Positions 1 to 12,787 of a stretch of 64,000 bases of DNA are shown piece after piece. This stretch comes from Eledone cirrhosa (taxonomy: Eukaryota), in the NCBI GenBank assembly GCA_964016885.1, contig OZ024742.1, positions 364,436,001 to 364,500,000 on the forward strand, in the 5' to 3' direction. Made by a program: the position numbers and the translations under genes. Numbering within the stretch: the first letter of the stretch is position 1; each line of letters opens with the position of its first letter. The notes under the pieces are model-generated. The model was not told the DNA's origin, made no database searches, and saw nothing but the letters and a program-made list of their open reading frames with translations.

Positions 1-949
1 CAAAACAATGTCACGTCGTTGATACTGTTCGTCAACCATTATAATTGCATTTCGACAGTGACAGGTGCATTTAATCTGCGTTCATGTTCTGAATCTGGGC
101 GTTTGTCTGCCCTAATGATGATTTTACGATCTCTTGTGTTGTTCATATGCTCCAGTGTATATTTAAATACACTGACGTACATGTGATGTTGGTAAAGCAT
201 TTCTTGTAACTTTATGACTATGTAGAACTGCAATCCACCATAGACATTGGTACATCTTTGTTGTGCCTGTATTACATTTCCACCCATGAAGTAAACCTGC
301 ACAAATTTGTGAGGCTCCTGTGAAAGTGGCAGAAGGCCACCCATTAAGTGGTAACACTGTCCCTGAATTTTATAAGTTTACAGAATCTAAAGTCAATCAC
401 ATTCCTATCAGCCCCAAAAGATGTCATTTGAAAGGCAGAATTATATTTTATGATGTATTTATTGAAGTGTAGTGCTTCTGGTGTATGCTGAAGGAGCAGA
501 TTCTTCAGAAATTCAGGAGGTTCTTGTATTGTTTTAAGGCTCACTTTGCCTTTTGAGCAGCATAGACTTGGTGTTTCTGCTGCCCACTTCTTGGCACCAC
601 AATACTGGCAGCATTTGTTCATTTTGCCAATGTTGATTTGTGGATTACTGCTGTAGTCCTTTTGAGGGTCATAAGAAAAAGCACCCATCAGCCAGTTCAT
701 TTTACTTGTGGCTTGTTCTCCTGCTCGGGCAGGAGAACGATGTGCTTGATTAGCATTTCGCCTGATTTGCTGCTGTTCCTTAATTTGTTGTTCTCGTGTA
801 GCAGCAGTCCTTTGTTCCCTTTCATCCAAATGGTGTGCCCGTGCTAAAGCTGTTTGGGCTCTATTAGCAGTTAGACGAGCATGCCGAACTTCTTCACTTT
901 CCTCAGATCGCTGTTTTCTTTCTCTTAGCCTCTGAAGATGACCTTCCAT
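1..949 (-). pseudogene. Helitron RepHel N-terminal fragment, frameshifted near 350-380; runs off the window
   Basis: ORF 344-949 has CQYC..KW..E...CCSKGKV and YNSAFQMTSFGA; ORF 39-344 continues GLLP...KFVQVYF...IIIRADKRP..EHERRLNAP, as in Helitron RepHel proteins. Confidence 0.85.
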
Positions 950-1274
950 ATAATGATCTGGAACGTTTTCTAGGCATTTGAAGTGATATTATTACACACC
1001 ACACGGTGAAATAAAATACCAGTAATGCACTGGAATAATTGCTGGCCTTGTGCCAAAAGTATAAACAATTATTACAAACCACACTCTTTCCGAAATAGAA
1101 ACAACTATACAATGTATTGTTCACTCAGTAAAGTTGTTTTAAATGATCTCTTTATATGAATGTATATTAGGTGTAATTAATATTATACATATATAGAAAA
1201 TATTGAGATTTCAGATTGTATCCCAAAAAACGACAAACATTACAAACAAAATATTTTCTGTGTTAATTCAAATA

Positions 1275-1458
1275 ACTGTTTCTACTTTTTGGCACAAAGG
1301 CAGCAATTATCACAGTACATTACTGGTACTTTATTTTATCAAGCCCGTAAGGATGAAAGGCAAAGTTAACCTCGGCGGGAATTGAACTCAGATCGTAAAG
1401 GGACGTAACTATGCTGGAAAGCATAATCCAACCCTCCACCGATACTGCCAATTCACCT
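1275..1458 (-). mobile_element. tRNA-derived SINE, family A (~185 bp); a 3' stub of the family also lies at 1009-1072 (+)
   Basis: Family consensus has A-box TGGCAGTATCGG, B-box GAGTTCAAATCC, central GCCTTTCATCCTTACGGGGTCGATAAAATAAAGTACC and tail GCCTTGTGCCAAAAGTAGAAACAATT; more than 10 copies in the window. Confidence 0.85.
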
Positions 1459-1699
1459 GTGTTAATTCAAATAACAGCGGAAAATAATATATTCAAATAA
1501 TATCTTTTAAAAATACCGTTTTTTTTTTTGTCAGTTAAATACATATATACAACTTCTATAAAAGCATCTGTGATTTCTTTAGACATATGTAGAAATTAAG
1601 CTTTGATGGTAACATATATCGTCTGCTAACCCCCCCCCCCCCCATAACACACAACGTGTGTGTAAATATATATATAAACGCGGACACACGTTAATTAAA

Positions 1700-2340
1700 G
1701 AATCGCTCCAATCACCCTCCCTCTCTCCTGCCTCTTTACTTTTATCTCTCTCCCATCTTTTCTCTTTTCTTATTGTCTTTCTCTCCCCATCCGCCTCACT
1801 CCCTTTCTCTTTCTCATCTCCTCTCTTTCTTTCTCTCTCTCTCATCCTCTACAGAATAACGAACAAAAATAAATAAAAGATAAATAACATTGGGGGAGTT
1901 AAGAAGTGTGTAAAAATAATAAATAATTAAAAGTTAATGAACGCTGGCTACTTTCCCTCTCTCTCTCTCCCATCCCATTACTCTCTCTTTTTTCTCCCCC
2001 CCCCCTCTCTGTACGGAATAGAGAACAACAAATAAAGAAAAGATAAATAACGTTAAGGAAGCGGGAGAGTTAAAAAGTGTGTAAAAATAATAAATAAATA
2101 AAAGTTAAGAACGCTGGTTACTTTCCCTCTCTCTCTTTCATCATCTTTCTCTCTCATCCCCTTACTCTCTTTCTTTCTCTCTCACATCCCCTTACTCTCT
2201 CTCTCTCTCTCTCCCATCCACTCACTCTCTCTTTCTCTCTCATCGCCTTACTCTCTCTCCCATCTGCCACTCTCTCTCTTTCTCTCTCATCCCTTACTCT
2301 CTCTCTTTCTCTCTCCCACCCATCACTCTCTTATCTACAG
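1700..2340. repeat. CT-rich low-complexity tract with an internal duplication (about 1850-1960 vs 2010-2130)
   Basis: Repeated CTCTCTCTCATCCCCTTACT units; duplicated GAGTTAA.AAGTGTGTAAAAATAATAAATAA. Confidence 0.7.
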
Positions 2341-2399
2341 ACTGGAGAACATAAAAAAACAAAATGGATGATCTCTTTTGCTATTCATTAGAAAATAAG

Positions 2400-2570
2400 A
2401 TAAATTGAATTTAAATGAATACCTTGCTTTGCAAAGTTAAACTTTTTCGACCGTTACCTGTCCGAGTGTAGAGTGAATATGTACATGTAATTTTGAGGAG
2501 TTTGGTCCGGTAGTTTGCTGGTTTTAGGCGGACACACAGAATCGTAAACATGCATTTATATATATAGAGA
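2400..2570 (-). mobile_element. Possible Helitron 5' terminus (TC-TATATATATAAA start), perhaps belonging to the RepHel fragment at 1-949
   Basis: Minus strand reads TCTATATATATAAATGCATG..., the same style as the 5' end of the Helitron at 8826-9291, and has the same orientation as the RepHel ORF. Confidence 0.4.
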
Positions 2571-2824
2571 GAGATAGATATATATACTTAAACATTGGAG
2601 ATATATTCTTCCTCACTTTGCTTTTAGAAGGATTATCTATTGTCGTCTGTAATATCTTATTTAGTAAGCTACCTAAATCGTTCGTCTCCTTCGCCGTTTC
2701 TAAACACTGTATTAGTGATGGCGACTCGTTTAATACTAATATTTTGCGGATCTCCATTATTTCCGTCTTCATACAAACTTACTTTAACCAATTTTATCAA
2801 CTATTATTTATAATGATCTGGTAT

Positions 2825-2864
<40 letters not shown>

Positions 2865-3069
2865 TATATATATATAAGGATGTATTCAGTCGTGAAGCAG
2901 GTTAGACCATTACACTACAGACTGTGGTAGTAGAGTATTTATATTATAAATAGTTGGGACTCCGACGGCTAAGCTCTTTGCATTTCGTAGTGTTGGTATA
3001 AGCTCCAGTGTATGTATCAAATCTGTGGGTATATTCTTTTTTAGCTACCACAGACTGTTTAATTGTCGT

Positions 3070-3591
3070 CAAGAGGGTTGCCACGATGAAGGAGATAAGC
3101 TACTGGGAGAGGCTTAAAGAACTGAACCTCTACTCCTTGGAACGAAGACGGGAGAGATACGCAGTGATCTACACGTGGAAAATCCTGGAGAGACGAGCAC
3201 CAAACTCTGGCATTGGGAGATGGACCAACCATCGAACAGCACGTCACTGTGTGGTACCAAAGGTCGCGTCTTCCACATCTAGAATAAGGAGCAGATATTG
3301 CAATAGCCTGGGATTCATGGGCCCTCAGCTCTTCAACAAGATGCCGAGGGATCTGAGAGATCTGCATGTTGTGGAGGTGGATGTCTTCAAGAAACATCTC
3401 GACACCTTGCTATCCAGGATCCCGGATTAGCCCACAGCAAGGCACGAGGTAAACCTAAGGGCAGCAGCCACAAACTTCCTCTTACACCAGTGGCCAACCT
3501 ATACAGGCTGGAGAAAAAATGTGTAGCAACAAGGGCGGTGCCCCAGCATGGCCTCAGCCGGCTGGCTGAAACAGGTAAAAGAGTAAAAGAG
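3070..3591 (+). mobile_element. CR1/L2-group LINE 3' fragment (ORF2 C-terminus and 3' UTR)
   Basis: SYWERLKELNLYSLERRRER...GPQLFNKMP..LR....VDVFKKHLD.LLS.IPD; short GTAAAAGA tail repeat followed by (AT)n. Confidence 0.8.
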
Positions 3592-3614
3592 TATATACAT
3601 ATATATATATATGC

Positions 3615-3708
<94 letters not shown>

Positions 3709-3836
3709 AAAGTTATATTTAAATTGTTGGGTTAACAACGAGTAAATATTTATAACTGATATAAAAGCACTCAACAAGTATTTGGAGTATATTTATGATA
3801 TTAAATAAATGGAAACTATATTTATAAAACCATATT

Positions 3837-3902
3837 TATTTCGTTATATATATTTCAGGGATATCATATTAACAATATGTTATGCCTTCTTCAGACAAAA
3901 TA
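3837..3902 (-). ncRNA. Type I hammerhead ribozyme in the 3' pLTR
   Basis: Minus strand: TATTTTGT-CTGAAGA-AGG..CCT-GAAA-TATATA-TA-ACGAAATA; 8-bp stem I, palindromic stem III. Confidence 0.7.
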
Positions 3903-5207
3903 CAATATAAACAGTCTTATAAATAAATAGATACGACATACCTTTCAATCACCTTGCATTTGGGAGGTTGATTTGGCAGTAAAAAATATTGTGGACAGTT
4001 GTAAAAAGAAAGAGAGAAAGAAAGAAAGAAAAAAAGAAAGAGAAACGAAGAAAAAGAAGAAATGCATGTGACTAAATAGAGAGATATAGAAAGATAGATA
4101 AAGAGAAGAACTTCATGTAACGAAATAGAGAGAAATATATATAGAGAGAGGAAAAAAGAAAGAGATAGATAGAGATAGATAGAGAAACTAGGAAGTTGAG
4201 TATCGGTTGATACATTTATTTATTTATTTATTTATTTATTTAGCTCTAGTATTAATGTAAAGAGAGATGTATGTAGTTAAGAGAGAAAATAGCCGTTATA
4301 TAGAGAGAAAAAAGAGAAAATGAAAAATAACCAGACATATACGAGGCAGAATTTAAAAACGCTATGTTTTATCCTGTAGAAAATATTAGTTCGTATAAAA
4401 CAGGCATTATAATGTAAATATCAGTATTCATGAATGAGACATGTATCTATAATGTGTGAAAAGTAATGATCTTATGTCTAGTTTTTAAAAATTCATATGT
4501 TTATATCATAATTATAAACAAACTCCCAATTCACACGAAAACATTCTCATTGTGCTATAAAAATTCAAGTATACATATATGTGTGTATATATACACATAT
4601 ATATAGAGTCTATATTAATTTTAACAATACTATTCTTGTCTTTACTCTACATGATTGTCGATCAAGCAGAAATAGAGAACAGATTTCAATATATAAATAA
4701 AAATAAAAATAAAAATAAAAATAAAAATAAAAATAAAAATAAAAATATCAGAGACAAGAAAATAAATAAATAAACAGAAAACTAAAACATTTAATATTAA
4801 AAATAAAAAATATTACAAAATATTAAAGAATAATAAAAATAAAACATAGTATGCCACGCAAATCGGCCACAGAGATCAGCCTTTCAAAGTTAATTGACAA
4901 TATATTGCCAAGTTCATCATAAGCATCAGAGTCGAAACAGATAAAACAAAAATTGTTTACCAAATCCTGTCTAGCAGAAATCATTCCAAAAGTTTAGGAT
5001 ACCCATTTGGTCTACATATGTTCTTATATTTAATATAGAAGTTTATCTAGTGTAAAGTTTAATTCGATATATTTGGAGCATCAGCTTTTAGGGTAGTTTA
5101 ATTATTCATGAAGAATGTTTTAATAAAAAGAATGTTTTAATAAAAAGAAGAAATCGAAAGATTTATCGGCTAGTTTCATAAATAATTACACATCAAATCA
5201 AACATAA

Positions 5208-7420
5208 CTACATTTTAAATTTAAATTTATATTTAAACGTTGAGTTCAATCTATGTCTGCAGCAACTGAATAAATTTGTCCGTAGATTAAGGGAATTTTT
5301 AGATTTTAGTATAAAGAATATCTCCTCCGCACAGAGGTCACATGTCTCAGAGGTTGAATTAAAAGGAATCCCCCTTGAAACTATATTCCAAGTCGTCGAA
5401 TATCTAACGTTATCATGCCTAAGTTGCCAGAGTACGCCTGATAGTGCTGTTGAAGATTTTTTGGATGGATCTGTGAAAGAAATCTTGTGGTTGTTATAGC
5501 GAAGTTTAAATTCCGTCGATGTAGAACCAACGTAGTTAAAAGAATTAACGTCCGTTTTAACATTACAGTTGTATATTATATTTTTAACTAAGCAGTTGTT
5601 ATTTAACGGACATTTAGATCTATCTCTACAGTTACATTTGTTAACTTGGATATTATTTATGCTATTATCGCTAGGTTTTAAGTTCCTGTTATTTATTCTA
5701 TTAATATTTTGCGCTAAATTTTTGGTGGATGAGTAGGTTAGTTTTATAGTATGTCTATTGAAAATTGAGTGATACCTATGTGTTCTAGGGAAGCGATTAT
5801 CGAGAGCTTTAAAAAATAGTTTAGCAATGTGGGTTTTAATGTTTAGTGAGAAAGGGGGGGCAAACCATATTATATTCCTAGTTCTATTTCTTTTATGGCT
5901 TTTGGAATTATTGTAATGCTTTCTATTATAGTTGTTAAGGTTGTGGCCATAATTAAAATGGTTGTTATTTTGTTTAATTTGTTTATCATTATCTATGTAC
6001 ATAATTTTATCACTAATCCTGCTCTAGCTAACGCTTCATTGTAATAATGGGCTTTTTCGTCGAAAATCTTTTTATTAGATGAGATTCTAGAGATACGTGA
6101 TTGAACAGAGTTTACTATAGTATTTTTAACAGATCTGGGGTGGTTAGAGTTAAAGCTGACATAGTTTAAGTTTTCATTCAACTTGTGAAATGGATAGTGA
6201 AGACACGTGTTGAAATTTAATGTTATATCTAGGAAGTTGACTATTCTATGGTTATTCTCAATTTCTATTTTTAGATTAAAGTGATTAAAAAATTGTGTAA
6301 TTTGTTTTCTTTTTCTATTTAGTTCAGAGTTATTATTATCAATAAGTAAAAGCATGTCATCTCTATATAAACCTCCGGTAGTACCAGGTATTTTCCTATG
6401 CAGCGAATTGATTAAAAATAATCCCACAAGGTCAGTTACCTGAGCTGAGTCGGATGATCCCATAGTAATGTCAAAATTGTTATCTCTATCTGCTCGGGTC
6501 CATAGTTGGTCATTAAATTCTATCAATGTTTTCCTAGCCGATAATATAATGTGCCTTTCATTGCTAGTTAGGTCTGTATGTTTGAATGCGTAATTTAGTG
6601 CCTTATTTAGTAGATTAGGGGTAATGGAAGAATAATAGTTAGCAATATCAAGTTGAATAAACTTATTATTATTGTTATATTTAATTTGCTTAAACCACTC
6701 AACAACCTCACCAGTTCCCTTCCACAAGCTCAGGTTAGGTAAACAACTCAAGTTTTTAATTTGCTGTATCACCCTGTCAAGAATGTTTTTGCTTAGTTTA
6801 CCCAGGTCCGATTTTGATGGTGCAATCAATCTGACTGGCAAGTCATTCTCGAAATTTCTCTTATGATCTTTCATATTGATCTTCGGTTTCCTGGGCACGA
6901 AAGGTTGTGTTCTGTTCTCAATTTCCAACTCGTGCATTATACAAGATGCCTCAACATTCATTTTCTCTAGCTCGGCCTTATCTGCTACCTTGTACTTTTT
7001 CCTCAGTTCTTTTAGTATGAGGCCATTATACATGTCTTTCTGCACTCCATAGAGGTTGTTGGTCTTGTCAGATTTTACCAAGATCTTCTCAGTTTTCTCT
7101 AAGCTCTCAATATTATCCCTAATGCCTTTCAGATATTCCTGGCCTTTGAAGTTTCTCTTGAATTTGACTCCTTGTATGATAGAAATTATATCGTTTTCAA
7201 AGTCAGATAAAAGTTTGTTGGGGGGTGGATTTCTTTTGGATTTGAAAACTTTGTTTAAGTCCGAGACATTTTCATTTATATTAGATTTATCAAAGTGGAA
7301 TGCTCGCCACCTGATTCTCCTTATAAAAGAGTCAGATTTATCTATTAATTGTTTTATAAAGTCTTTGTTTCTAGGTAGAAGTATGTCTTTTAAAGAGGAA
7401 GTAATCTTAAAGAATTCCAT
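5208..7420 (-). pseudogene. PLE reverse transcriptase / GIY-YIG endonuclease ORF with one frameshift near 6000; Naiad-like
   Basis: RT motifs KSDKT, QLDIANYYSSI, ITMGS, GLYRDD, NFLDIT; linker NIIWFAPPFS and CNCR..KCPL...CL; GIY-YIG IIYNC...YVGST...FKLRY..HK, CDLC, CRH. Clade assignment is from recalled motifs only. Confidence 0.9.
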
Positions 7421-7599
7421 TTTTTCAGTTATAATATAAAGCGCTCAACAGTATTGGAGCAAGATACATGGAAAGTTATATTTAAATTGTTGGGTTAACA
7501 ACGAGTAAATATTTATAACTGATATAAAAGCACTCAACAAGTATTTGGAGTATATTTATGATATTAAATAAATGGAAACTATATTTATAAAACCATATT

Positions 7600-7665
7600 T
7601 ATTTCGTTATATATATTTCAGTGATATCATATTAACAATATGTTATGCCTTCTTCAGACAAAATA
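7600..7665 (-). ncRNA. Hammerhead ribozyme copy in the 5' pLTR
   Basis: Same motif as 3837-3902 with one substitution in stem II. Confidence 0.65.
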
Positions 7666-7822
7666 CAATATAAACAGTCTTCGTTTCTCTTTCTTTCTTT
7701 CTTTCTTTCTCTCTTTCTTTTTACAACTGTCCACAATATTTTTTACTGCCAAATCAACCTCCCAAATGCAAGGTGATTGAAAGGCATGTCGTATCTATTT
7801 ATTTATACGACTGTTTATATTG

Positions 7823-7888
7823 TATTTTGTCTGAAGAAGGCATAACATATTGTTAATATGATATCCCTGAAATATATATAACGAAATA
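7823..7888 (+). ncRNA. Hammerhead ribozyme copy in the inverted pLTR
   Basis: TATTTTGT, CTGAAGA (7831-7837), GAAA (7869-7872), TATATATA, ACGAAATA. Confidence 0.7.
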
Positions 7889-7925
7889 AATATGGTTTTA
7901 TAAATATAGTTTCCATTTATTTAAT

Positions 7926-8057
<132 letters not shown>

Positions 8058-8629
8058 TATATACATATATATATGCATATATACATATATATATATATAT
8101 ATATGATTGTATTTATGTATGAATAATTATATATATATATAATACAGTGTGTGTGCGTTGCATCTGTCGAATTTCGTACGAAGAACACATATTATGTATT
8201 TATGATTTTTATCTATTTCCTAAATATCATGTGCAATCACGAACACATTTTTTACTCTATATATGTAATAGTTCTAACGCTATTCTCATTAGTAAATTCT
8301 CCACCACTTTGCTACAATACGTCTAAAGAATTATTTTTTATAAGTACAGAAGACATTTGGGTACATTTACAGCGTAGAAGTATTGTAGCTGTATTTGCTT
8401 TAACTGCTGCTACTGGGGTGATACGGTACAATATGTACCACTAAGATGTCGTAAATGATAATACATTAGCTGCATAACTTCTTTTCTTATCGATTCTTCA
8501 AGTTTCTAATTTTTCACTGTTATTGTCGGGAACACGGCAACCAAACGTGACAAAATAAAAAATAAAAATAAAAAGAAAAACTGTATGATCTGTAAGTAGT
8601 CTTTACTTTTCAGTAATAAGAATATTTTA

Positions 8630-8788
8630 GGGAGCAGGATGACTTTGTGAATAAGGCGTTCAATTGTAACCGTAACAGTCTGCGTTCAATCCCATTGCAT
8701 GTCACCATATTCATGTCTCTGTTCTAACCTCACGTTTTCTAATGCTATATGAGTGAAATTTGTTTGATGGAAAGTGTAGAGTTTCTTC

Positions 8789-8795
<7 letters not shown>
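8630..8795 (+). mobile_element. Old tRNA-derived SINE, family B (degenerate); possible relatives at ~18420-18572 (-) and ~57980-58130 (-)
   Basis: B-box-like GCGTTCAATCCC and 3' GTGAAATTTGTTTGATGGAAA followed by (AT)n. Confidence 0.5.
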
Positions 8796-8825
<30 letters not shown>

Positions 8826-8826
<1 letters not shown>

Positions 8827-9291
8827 TAGCAGAAGTACCCGGCGTTGCCCGGGTGTAAGTCGACCTTTGCTCTGTTGTTAAAATATGTGAAAGTTACTCC
8901 CCGCGCATCACAGGTGCAACGTTGTTGTTGGGATTCACGATATTGTTGGTGTTGTTATTGTCTACACCAAAGGAGGTCATCATGAAACAGGAGTTGTATT
9001 TCCACATGTTACGGAGGAACGTTGTAGTCGTAGTGACGTCACCTGTAAGTAGATTCAGAAGAACGTCTGGCGGGTCAGCCAATGCCTCTAGATTTTTGAA
9101 AATATCGATTGTTGGCTTCTGTGGCCCCGATTATCGATTTTACGAAACTTTCACGTAGCCTATTCCAATCTAGGGATCGAATTTTATATATGTGTCAAGT
9201 TTCATTAAAATCGGATGAACGGTGTAGCCTGCAAGTTCGGGACACCAAACAAACAAACACACAACGCCCAACTTCACTTTATATATATAGA
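8826..9291 (-). mobile_element. Non-autonomous Helitron with both termini and an internal RepHel remnant
   Basis: Minus strand starts TCTATATATATAAAG and ends CCCGGGCAACGCCGGG (hairpin)-TACTTCTG-CTAG followed by T; internal PPDVLLNLL...KYNSCFMMTSFG matches the RepHel at 344-949. Confidence 0.85.
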
Positions 9292-9299
9292 CATAAAGG

Positions 9300-9450
9300 T
9301 AGAACACTGGAAGGTAATATCAGTAGGGGTAGAGCACTCAGTCCATGGGACGAGTTTGGTAGAAGTAGTAACATGAGTCCGAGCAGAAGATCCGCATAAG
9401 GTGAAGAAATTGTTCTCGGTATGGTGAACTAACTGTTGTGTTACCACTTA
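9300..9450. mobile_element. Fold-back PLE pLTR remnant with a decayed HHR (9379-9419); same family as 29960-30100
   Basis: AGAGCACTCAGTCCATGGGACGAG is the reverse complement of 30071-30094; CCGAG-CAGAAGA...GAAG AAATTG TT CTCGG. Confidence 0.6.
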
Positions 9451-9475
9451 TATATATATATATATAAATATATAA

Positions 9476-9576
<101 letters not shown>

Positions 9577-9619
9577 TTTGTGTGTGTGTATGTCGGAGTA
9601 TGTATATATATATTTGAAT

Positions 9620-9780
9620 AAGACCTAGGGAGAATACCTTCGTGTATATAGAGAAACCACAACAGAAACACAAACCCTCCATCTCAATTTTACTTTTGTA
9701 AATCATAATAACTGTGAAACCTGTAAAGTAAATAAATGAATATTCTTAAAAGACTCCAGTTACATTTTCAATTTCTTTTC
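9620..9780 (+). mobile_element. PLE pLTR remnant with a decayed U3-A8-type HHR (9691-9730); sister copy ~36370-36530 (HHR 36422-36461)
   Basis: TACTT-TTGTAAA...GAAA CCTG TA-AAGTA; flanks resemble 43695-43820. Confidence 0.55.
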
Positions 9781-9788
9781 TTTTTATA

Positions 9789-10933
9789 TACACATATATA
9801 AACGGTAAAAATGAAACGAAATTTCATTTCCCACTCTTAGTACGGCTGTTACTTAAATATAAGTATGTATACGTACATACATATATGTATACAGATGTAC
9901 AGTAGTATGTATATATATATATACATACATGCACACATATATATATATGTACGTATGGATTCACCGAACATTTATTATAATGATCGGTGTGTTTGTAAAC
10001 AAACATCTCGTATTATGTGTGCATGTATGTATATATATATACATACTACTGTACGTCTGTATACATATATGTATGTACGTATACATACTTATATTTAAGT
10101 AACAGCCGTACTAAGAGTGGGAAATAAAATTTCGTTTCATTTATTCCGTTTATCGTTTTCGGTGCACCCGGCCGATTAACCCACTCGATATGCAAATTGG
10201 GCTACTCAGCCGTTAATATACATAAGGTAAGTATATACGTTCAACAATCTGGCAGGAAGGTATACGTTGGTGACGATAGCTAATAAGCTTGAAACTAGTA
10301 CAGCGTTCCTTTGTCAGTGTTGAACAAACGAGCAACGATGGTTGCTAGACACTACGGCTCAATACGGGATGTTTGTTTACAAACACACCGAGCATTATAA
10401 TAAATGTTCGGTGAGTCCAGACGTACATATATATATGTGTGCATGTATATATATATATACATACTACTGTACGTCTGTATACATATATGTATGTACATAT
10501 ACATACTTATATTTAAGTAACAGCCGTACTAAGAGTGGGAAATGAAATTTCGTTTCATTTATTCCGTTTATCGTTTTCGGTGCACCCGGCCGATTAACTC
10601 ACTCGATATGCAAATTAGGCTTCTCAGCCGTTAATATGCATAAGGAAAGTATATACTTTCAGACGTTCAATCATCTGTCAGGAAGGTATACGTTGCTGAC
10701 GATAGCTAATAAGCTTGAAACTAGTACAGCGTTCCTTTGTCAGTGTTGAACAAACGAGCAACGATGGTTGCTAGACACTACGGCTTAATACGGGATGTTT
10801 GTTTACAAACACACCGAGCATTATAATAAATGTTCGGTGAATCCATACGTAAATATATATATATGTGTGCATGAATGTATATATACATACTACTTTACGT
10901 CTGTATACATATATGTATGTACGTATACATACT

Positions 10934-10940
<7 letters not shown>
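9789..10940 (+). repeat. ORF-less 426-bp tandem repeat (about 2.2 units) with an inverted partial unit at its 5' side; HHR-bearing, retrozyme/pLTR-like
   Basis: GAAACTAGTACAGC at 10291 and 10717 (period 426); 9800-10005 is the reverse complement of part of the unit; further copies at 14645-15065 and 59760-59995. Confidence 0.85.
10690..10732 (+). ncRNA. Minimal type I hammerhead ribozyme, predicted cut after GUA at 10726; sister copy 10264-10306 has C3->G
   Basis: ACGTTG-CTGACGA-TAGCT AATA AGCTT-GAAA-CTAG-TA-CAGCGT; palindromic CTAG stem III typical of minimal PLE HHRs. Confidence 0.8.
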
Positions 10941-10988
<48 letters not shown>

Positions 10989-11904
10989 ATAAATATATAC
11001 ATATATATATATAATTACGATCTCAACACAAACGCATGCTGCCTAAGCTTTCAATCTTCAACCAGCTTTGGAAATAGATATCTTACATCTGCTAGTTGAT
11101 TGCAGATATATAATATCTATCTCCTGTAATTGTTGAAGATAGAAATATTTGGTAGTAGATATTTCTTTTGAGATCTTATTCATATAATATATTTTAGCTC
11201 TGTACATTACATAGTTCATATGTACTCTAACAGTGGCGTCTAGAGTTAAATACACAAACCGCAAGCGTCAAAACAGAAACAGAATAGCTGAAACAAAGAC
11301 GGATCTCAATATGTCAGTTATAATATTCACATTAAGTTAAGATTGAAAGACATTATGAAACATTTTAATTGTTTATTGTTCATATATTACGTATAATAGT
11401 AACATTAAAGAACACGAAAAATTATGTATACTAACGTGTTTGTAAAGTTCAGTATTCATAAACGCATAAAAATTAACCAGCTTTCACTTTTACAGACCTG
11501 AACAGGACAGAACATAATTATATTTTCATATTAGTTGAGCTAATTTTCTATTTAAGAACTGACAGGACAATTTATATTGTATAGTATAATATTCACATAC
11601 ATTGAATTTATTATATATTTCATTATTTCGAAGCAGAATCAAAATTTTTATTTCTCTCTCAAAAAATAACAATAACAATATAATCAATAAGAAAATCATA
11701 GAAATGAAAGAAAATATAACTGTAACATAAAACTTAACGTAAATGTAATTAGGTATTTACAGACACAAAATAACTGACATTTTCAAAATGGCTTCTCAAA
11801 AGATAAAATTAAACAAGTAATGCTACGTTGTACCTACATTTTTAAATGTGGTGATTTATATTACCCTGATCAAGACCATTATCATCATTATCATCTTTAA
11901 TATT

Positions 11905-12130
11905 ATTATTATTATTATTCTTTGAGTCTCAGTCATTCATGTTATTTAACTGGAAAGTTTGTTGAAATGAATATCTAGCCACTACCTGCAACCTCAGATA
12001 TTCAGGACGTATCGGAGGGTTCTTGCTGTTCCCAGCAAGCATGCCTTTTGAAGTGTTCCAAAGAGCGGGGCGGAGCCAATTTTCTTTAACAATCCTTGCA
12101 AACTCTTTGAGATAGTACCTAGTGTGCCTA
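11905..12130 (-). mobile_element. R4/Dong-like (RLE) non-LTR retrotransposon 3' fragment embedded in (TAA)n
   Basis: IGTLGTISKSLQGLLKKIG....GTLQKACLLGTARTLRYVL matches the C-terminus of RLE domains; flanked on both sides by ATT repeats. Confidence 0.75.
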
Positions 12131-12284
12131 TTATTATTATTGTTATTATTATTATAACCCTTGTGGTTAATAAAGAAAACATTATTATTATTATTATTTT
12201 TATTATTATTATTATAATAATTATTATTATTATTATCATTATTATTATTAATGTCATCATTATTATTGTTATTTTCGTTATCAT

Positions 12285-12520
12285 CTTCATTGGTGAAAGA
12301 GGTTGTGTGGTGGATAAGATTAAAATAACAATATTCCACTTCGGTGAAGCTCTCACCGATTGTGAGAGTGGAGCAGAAGGTTCCCTCTTCCAGTAATGTC
12401 GGTGAAATAGTGGAAATGGTGTAGCAACTACCAGTTTCAGTGTGTTGCTCGGGCAACAACAGATGGGAGAGGCCATTCCTATATACGTAGGGTGGTTGGG
12501 GATGCGTGAGGTTCTTCAAT
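12285..12520 (+). mobile_element. Old Tx1-like LINE 3' remnant
   Basis: LVKEVVWWIRLK and FHFGEAL resemble MVKEVLWWTRLK..FLFGESL of the Tx1 ORF2 at 49760-49835. Confidence 0.55.
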
Positions 12521-12532
12521 TAGGCTGTACCG

Positions 12533-12597
<65 letters not shown>

Positions 12598-12787
12598 TAT
12601 ATATAGCTAATTTGTATAGTATGTATACTTGTTACCCATTTTCTCATTTCTATCGAAAGCTCAACCTTCATATAGTAGCTTGTCTTTGTAAGGACTCCTT
12701 CACCCGATACCCTGATGGCAGTTACAAGAAATCATCATCATAATTATCATTATCTTTCTCATCTAATATCATTATTATTTTGTCATA

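Noticed and set aside
5208-6002. Selenocysteine recoding as described for some Naiad PLEs
   Set aside because: The cysteine positions are ordinary codons with no in-frame TGA; I could not identify a SECIS by eye.
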